DNA from: Candidatus Methylomirabilia bacterium
Lineage (GTDB): Bacteria > Methylomirabilota > Methylomirabilia > Rokubacteriales > CSP1-6
Direction of reading: 5' to 3'
Assembly: GCA_041496385.1 (NCBI GenBank)
Contig: JBGQEL010000072.1
Coordinates: forward strand, 1 to 21,226
Length of the DNA: 21,226 nucleotides
Made by a program: the position numbers and the translations under genes. Shown one piece after another: positions 18,276 to 21,226 of this stretch. A model generated the notes under the pieces. The model was not told the DNA's origin, did no database searches, and saw only the letters and a program-made list of their open reading frames with translations. The number at the start of each line of letters is the position of its first letter. Positions within the stretch are counted from its first letter, which is position 1.

Positions 18276-19640
18276 TCAGTCCAGCTCGCCGGCGAGGCGC
18301 GAGGTCAGCGCACGGATATCGGGAATGTCCTCGAGGTGCTCGAGCTGCGCGGCCACGCCCAGGGCCTCGTCGCGCGGAATCGCGCGCGTGGCGCAGGCGA
18401 GGAACTTGGCGTGGAGCGCCTCGCGGGAGAGCGGCGCGTCCGGGTGGCCCTGGGCGCCGCGCGGCGGCGAGGCGAGCGCGCGCCCGTCGGCGAGCCGCAC
18501 CGTCACGCGCGTCCAGGCGTGCTGCGCGAGCCCGTCCGGCAGTGCTCTATCCACGACCATGGTCACGCGCGCCATCAGGCCCTGGACCTCGGGGTCGCGC
18601 ACGGGGCCGTCCTCGAACGACGCCAGGTCCACGCGCCCGGCGCCGAGCGCCGCGGCCGCGCAGAACTGCATCGAGAACTTGCGCTCGAGCGCCGTGGCCG
18701 GGCGCGCGTGCGCCAGGACGTCGGGCACGACGCGGTTGACGCCCACCTCGACCGCGGCGACGTCGCCCGCCTTCAGCCCGTGCCGCGCGCGCAGCTCGAG
18801 GAGCGCGTCGATCGCGGAGTGCGTCAGCGCGCAGGACGGGTAGGGCTTGACCGCGATCCCGGAGGCCAGGAGCTGCCACGTGCGACCGAGATCGTCGAGC
18901 GCGGCCTCGAGCCCGTCGCCGCCGCCGAACGCCGCGACGTAGCCCTGCTTGCCCTCGAGCGCCGTCTCGGAGGCCGTCAGCCCCTCGCGGGCGAGCTGGG
19001 CGGCGAGGAGCCCGCTTCGCGCCGCGTGCCCCGCGTGGTAGGGCTTCGTCATCGAGCCGAAGTTCTCCTTGAGCCCCGAGGCGTGAGAGGCGGCCAGCCC
19101 GAGCGCGTGGCGCGTCTGCGTCACGTCGAGGCGCAGCAGCCGGGCGGCCGCGGCGGCGCAGCCGAGCGTGCCGATCGACGACGTCGCGTGCCAGCCGCGC
19201 GTGTAGTGGGCGGGGTTGAGTGCGCGGCCGAGCGCCGCGGAGACCTCGAAGCCGATGATGTAGGCGAGGACGACGAGGCGGCCGTCGGCGGTCTCCGCCT
19301 CGCCGGCGGCGAGGGCCGTCGCGAGGAGCGGCACGCTCGGGTGGCCCATCAGCGCGAAGTTCGTGTCGTCGAAGTCGTGGGCGTGGCCGGCCGTGCCGTT
19401 GGCGAGCGCGGCCCAGCCGGGCGCGGCCACGAGTCGCGTCCCGACGACCGTCGCGAGCGCAGCGCCGCCCTCGGCACGCGCCACCTGGCGGACCGCGCGG
19501 GCGACGGGCTCGGCGACGCCCGCGAGCATGACGCCCAGCGTGTCGAGCGTGGCCAGGCGGGTGCGGGCGATCGCCTCGGGCGGGCAATCCTCGAGCGAGG
19601 TCTTGACGGCGAACTCGGCGAGCCGGGTGGTGGCGCTCAT
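18276..19640 (-). CDS. MmgE/PrpD family protein
   Basis: ALANGTAGHAHDFDD, GHPS, HYTRGWH, FGSMTKPYHAG, KPYPSC...H and KFS motifs. Start ATG 19640 lies 7 nt after TGaTATCGT. Confidence 0.93.
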   Translation of the reverse strand: MSATTRLAEFAVKTSLEDCPPEAIARTRLATLDTLGVMLAGVAEPVARAVRQVARAEGGAALATVVGTRLVAAPGWAALANGTAGHAHDFDDTNFALMGHPSVPLLATALAAGEAETADGRLVVLAYIIGFEVSAALGRALNPAHYTRGWHATSSIGTLGCAAAAARLLRLDVTQTRHALGLAASHASGLKENFGSMTKPYHAGHAARSGLLAAQLAREGLTASETALEGKQGYVAAFGGGDGLEAALDDLGRTWQLLASGIAVKPYPSCALTHSAIDALLELRARHGLKAGDVAAVEVGVNRVVPDVLAHARPATALERKFSMQFCAAAALGAGRVDLASFEDGPVRDPEVQGLMARVTMVVDRALPDGLAQHAWTRVTVRLADGRALASPPRGAQGHPDAPLSREALHAKFLACATRAIPRDEALGVAAQLEHLEDIPDIRALTSRLAGELD

Positions 19641-19688
19641 GGGGGGCACGATATCACGAGTGCCGGCGGGCCGGCCCCTGACGATCCG

Positions 19689-20390
19689 TCATCGCGCGTC
19701 GTGGAAGATGACGCCGAGGGTGGTGCGTGAGCCCGAGAGCACGCGGCTCACGCCGTGACGGACGGTCGCGCGGTAGAAGCCGCGCGCGCCCTCGGCGGGG
19801 CGGTGGCGCGTCGCGAAGACGACGAGCTCGCCCTGCTCGGTGGCGATCGCCTCGCCCCGCGACTGGGCGCGCGGCCGCTGCTCGACGAGCAGGAAGTCTC
19901 CGCCCGTGTAGTCCTCGCCCCGGCGCGACAGGAAACAGGTGAGCTGGAGCGGGAAGACGACGTCCCCGTAGACGTCCTGGTGGAGGCAGTTGTAGCCGCC
20001 GGCCGCGTAGCGGAGCAGCAGCGGCGTCGGCTTCGTCTGGCCGCGGCGCCTGCAGAGGGCGAGGAGCGACGCGAGGTCGGGCGGATGGACCGTCGCCGTG
20101 CCGAGCGCGGCCTCCCACTGATTGGCGATCGCGGCGAGCGGCGGGTAGGCGTGCGTCCGCAATGCCTCCACGAGCGGCGGTAGCGGCGCCGCGAAGTACT
20201 TGTACTCGCCGACGCCAAACCTGTAGCGGGCCATGTCCACGCGGCTCCGGAAGCGCGCGTCGTCCGCGTAGAGGGCGACCAGCGCCGTACACTCGGCCGG
20301 CGTCAGCAGCGGCCCCGCCTTGGCGTAGCCGAACCGCCAGAGCGACTCCTCGATCGCCGGCCAGGGGAGCGCGGCGAGCCGATCCGCCAT
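19689..20390 (-). CDS. 2OG-Fe(II) oxygenase, DUF2086 (Oxygenase-NA) family
   Basis: FRSRVDMARYRFGVGEYKYF, TKPTPLLLRY, YNCLHQD (HxD), EQRPRAQSR, RHGVS and LGVIFHDA motifs. ATG 20390 avoids overlap with the divergent PAP2 gene. Confidence 0.9.
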   Translation of the reverse strand: MADRLAALPWPAIEESLWRFGYAKAGPLLTPAECTALVALYADDARFRSRVDMARYRFGVGEYKYFAAPLPPLVEALRTHAYPPLAAIANQWEAALGTATVHPPDLASLLALCRRRGQTKPTPLLLRYAAGGYNCLHQDVYGDVVFPLQLTCFLSRRGEDYTGGDFLLVEQRPRAQSRGEAIATEQGELVVFATRHRPAEGARGFYRATVRHGVSRVLSGSRTTLGVIFHDAR

Positions 20391-20424
20391 GTCCGGGAGC
20401 GGCGCCGTGACATAATCGTCGCCG

Positions 20425-21030
20425 GTGAAGCTCCCGCGCGCGGTGACGCTCCTCGCCGTCGTCTCCGGTCTCTCGTTCATGGCGCTGGCCCTCGTCGCCT
20501 CACGACAGTACGTGTTCCCCCTCGACTATACGATCCAGGCCTGGGTTCAGGGTGGACGCCGTCCGGCGCTCGAGACGGCGATGCGGACGCTGACGCTGCT
20601 CGGCTCGGGCTGGGCGCTGGCGCCGCTGAGTGTCGTCGGCTACGTCCTGCTGCGGCGCGGGGGGCACGCGCTGGCGCGCCGTCTCCCGGCGACCATCGCC
20701 GGCGCCCTCCTTCTCGACGTCCTCACCAAGTGGCTCGTCGCGCGGTCGCGGCCTCGCGGCACCGAGTACGGGTTCCCGAGCGGCCACACGTTCGGCGCCA
20801 CGATCTTCTTCGGCGGCGTCGTCTACCTGCTCTGGACGAGCGGGGCCGGCCGTGGCTGGCGCTGGGCGGGGACGCTCCTGGCCGTGCTGCTCGTCCTCGG
20901 CATCGCGTACAGCCGCCTCTACCTGAAGGTGCACTGGGCGAGCGACGTCGCCGGCGGCTTCACGGGCGGCCTGGCCTACCTGCTGCTCGTTCTCGGCGGG
21001 CTCCACCGCGGCGGGCGGCGCGCCCCCTAG
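20425..21030 (+). CDS. PAP2-family membrane phosphatase (undecaprenyl-diphosphatase-like)
   Basis: C1 KWLVARSRP, C2 FPSGH and C3 SRLYLKVHWASDV motifs plus several TM segments. Confidence 0.92.
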   Translation: MKLPRAVTLLAVVSGLSFMALALVASRQYVFPLDYTIQAWVQGGRRPALETAMRTLTLLGSGWALAPLSVVGYVLLRRGGHALARRLPATIAGALLLDVLTKWLVARSRPRGTEYGFPSGHTFGATIFFGGVVYLLWTSGAGRGWRWAGTLLAVLLVLGIAYSRLYLKVHWASDVAGGFTGGLAYLLLVLGGLHRGGRRAP

Positions 21031-21226
21031 CGGTACGCGTCGGGATACTGCTTGACGGTCTCCCAGAAGCCCGGATCGTGGCCCGGAAAGATGCGTCCCC
21101 CGGTCAACCGGGCGATGGTCTTGATCCGCTTGATCGAGTGGAGGGCCTGCGTCGGGTTCCAGACGACGCCGGGGATGCGTTCGCGCTCCGCGTGCTCGAG
21201 CCAGTAGCAGGCGTCGGCGGCGAGGA
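21027..21226 (-). CDS. C-terminus of an N-acyl-homoserine lactonase-like (AiiA/AttM family) MBL protein (partial)
   Basis: Not in the ORF track. Manual translation: LAADACYWLEHAERERIPGVVWNPTQALHSIKRIKTIARLTGGRIFPGHDPGFWETVKQYPDAYR*, containing the DAxY and GHD motifs. Confidence 0.78.
   Translation of the reverse strand, partial: LAADACYWLEHAERERIPGVVWNPTQALHSIKRIKTIARLTGGRIFPGHDPGFWETVKQYPDAYR

Overview
Very GC-rich (roughly 70% or more by eye), densely coding bacterial chromosome segment with about 21 genes, two of them cut by the window edges. Gene style is reminiscent of soil Candidatus Rokubacteria/Methylomirabilota (inference only). Order: partial MdtB-type RND pump (-); MoxR AAA+/DUF58/transglutaminase trio (+); fhs and a CaiC-like acyl-CoA ligase (+); DUF4864 (-); RNase Z/AtsA-like MBL hydrolase, stand-alone Hpt and a response regulator with a Cys4 C-terminal module (+); RutE-like nitroreductase and pirin (-); a small membrane protein (-); BT1 folate/biopterin transporter (-); patatin (+); MmgE/PrpD, CaiB/BaiF, MFS and sthA (-); DUF2086 2OG-Fe(II) oxygenase (-); PAP2 (+); and the 3' end of an AHL-lactonase-like MBL gene (-). 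No RNA genes, CRISPR arrays or mobile elements were seen. This looks like mostly ordinary metabolic/regulatory DNA, not a clear novel system. The best leads are two sigma-54 promoters sharing a positionally conserved upstream motif, the kinase-less Hpt/REC-Cys4 module coupled to a hydrolase, a 14-bp tandem repeat in the fhs leader, a possible racemase/epimerase organic-acid operon, and several apparently leaderless genes.
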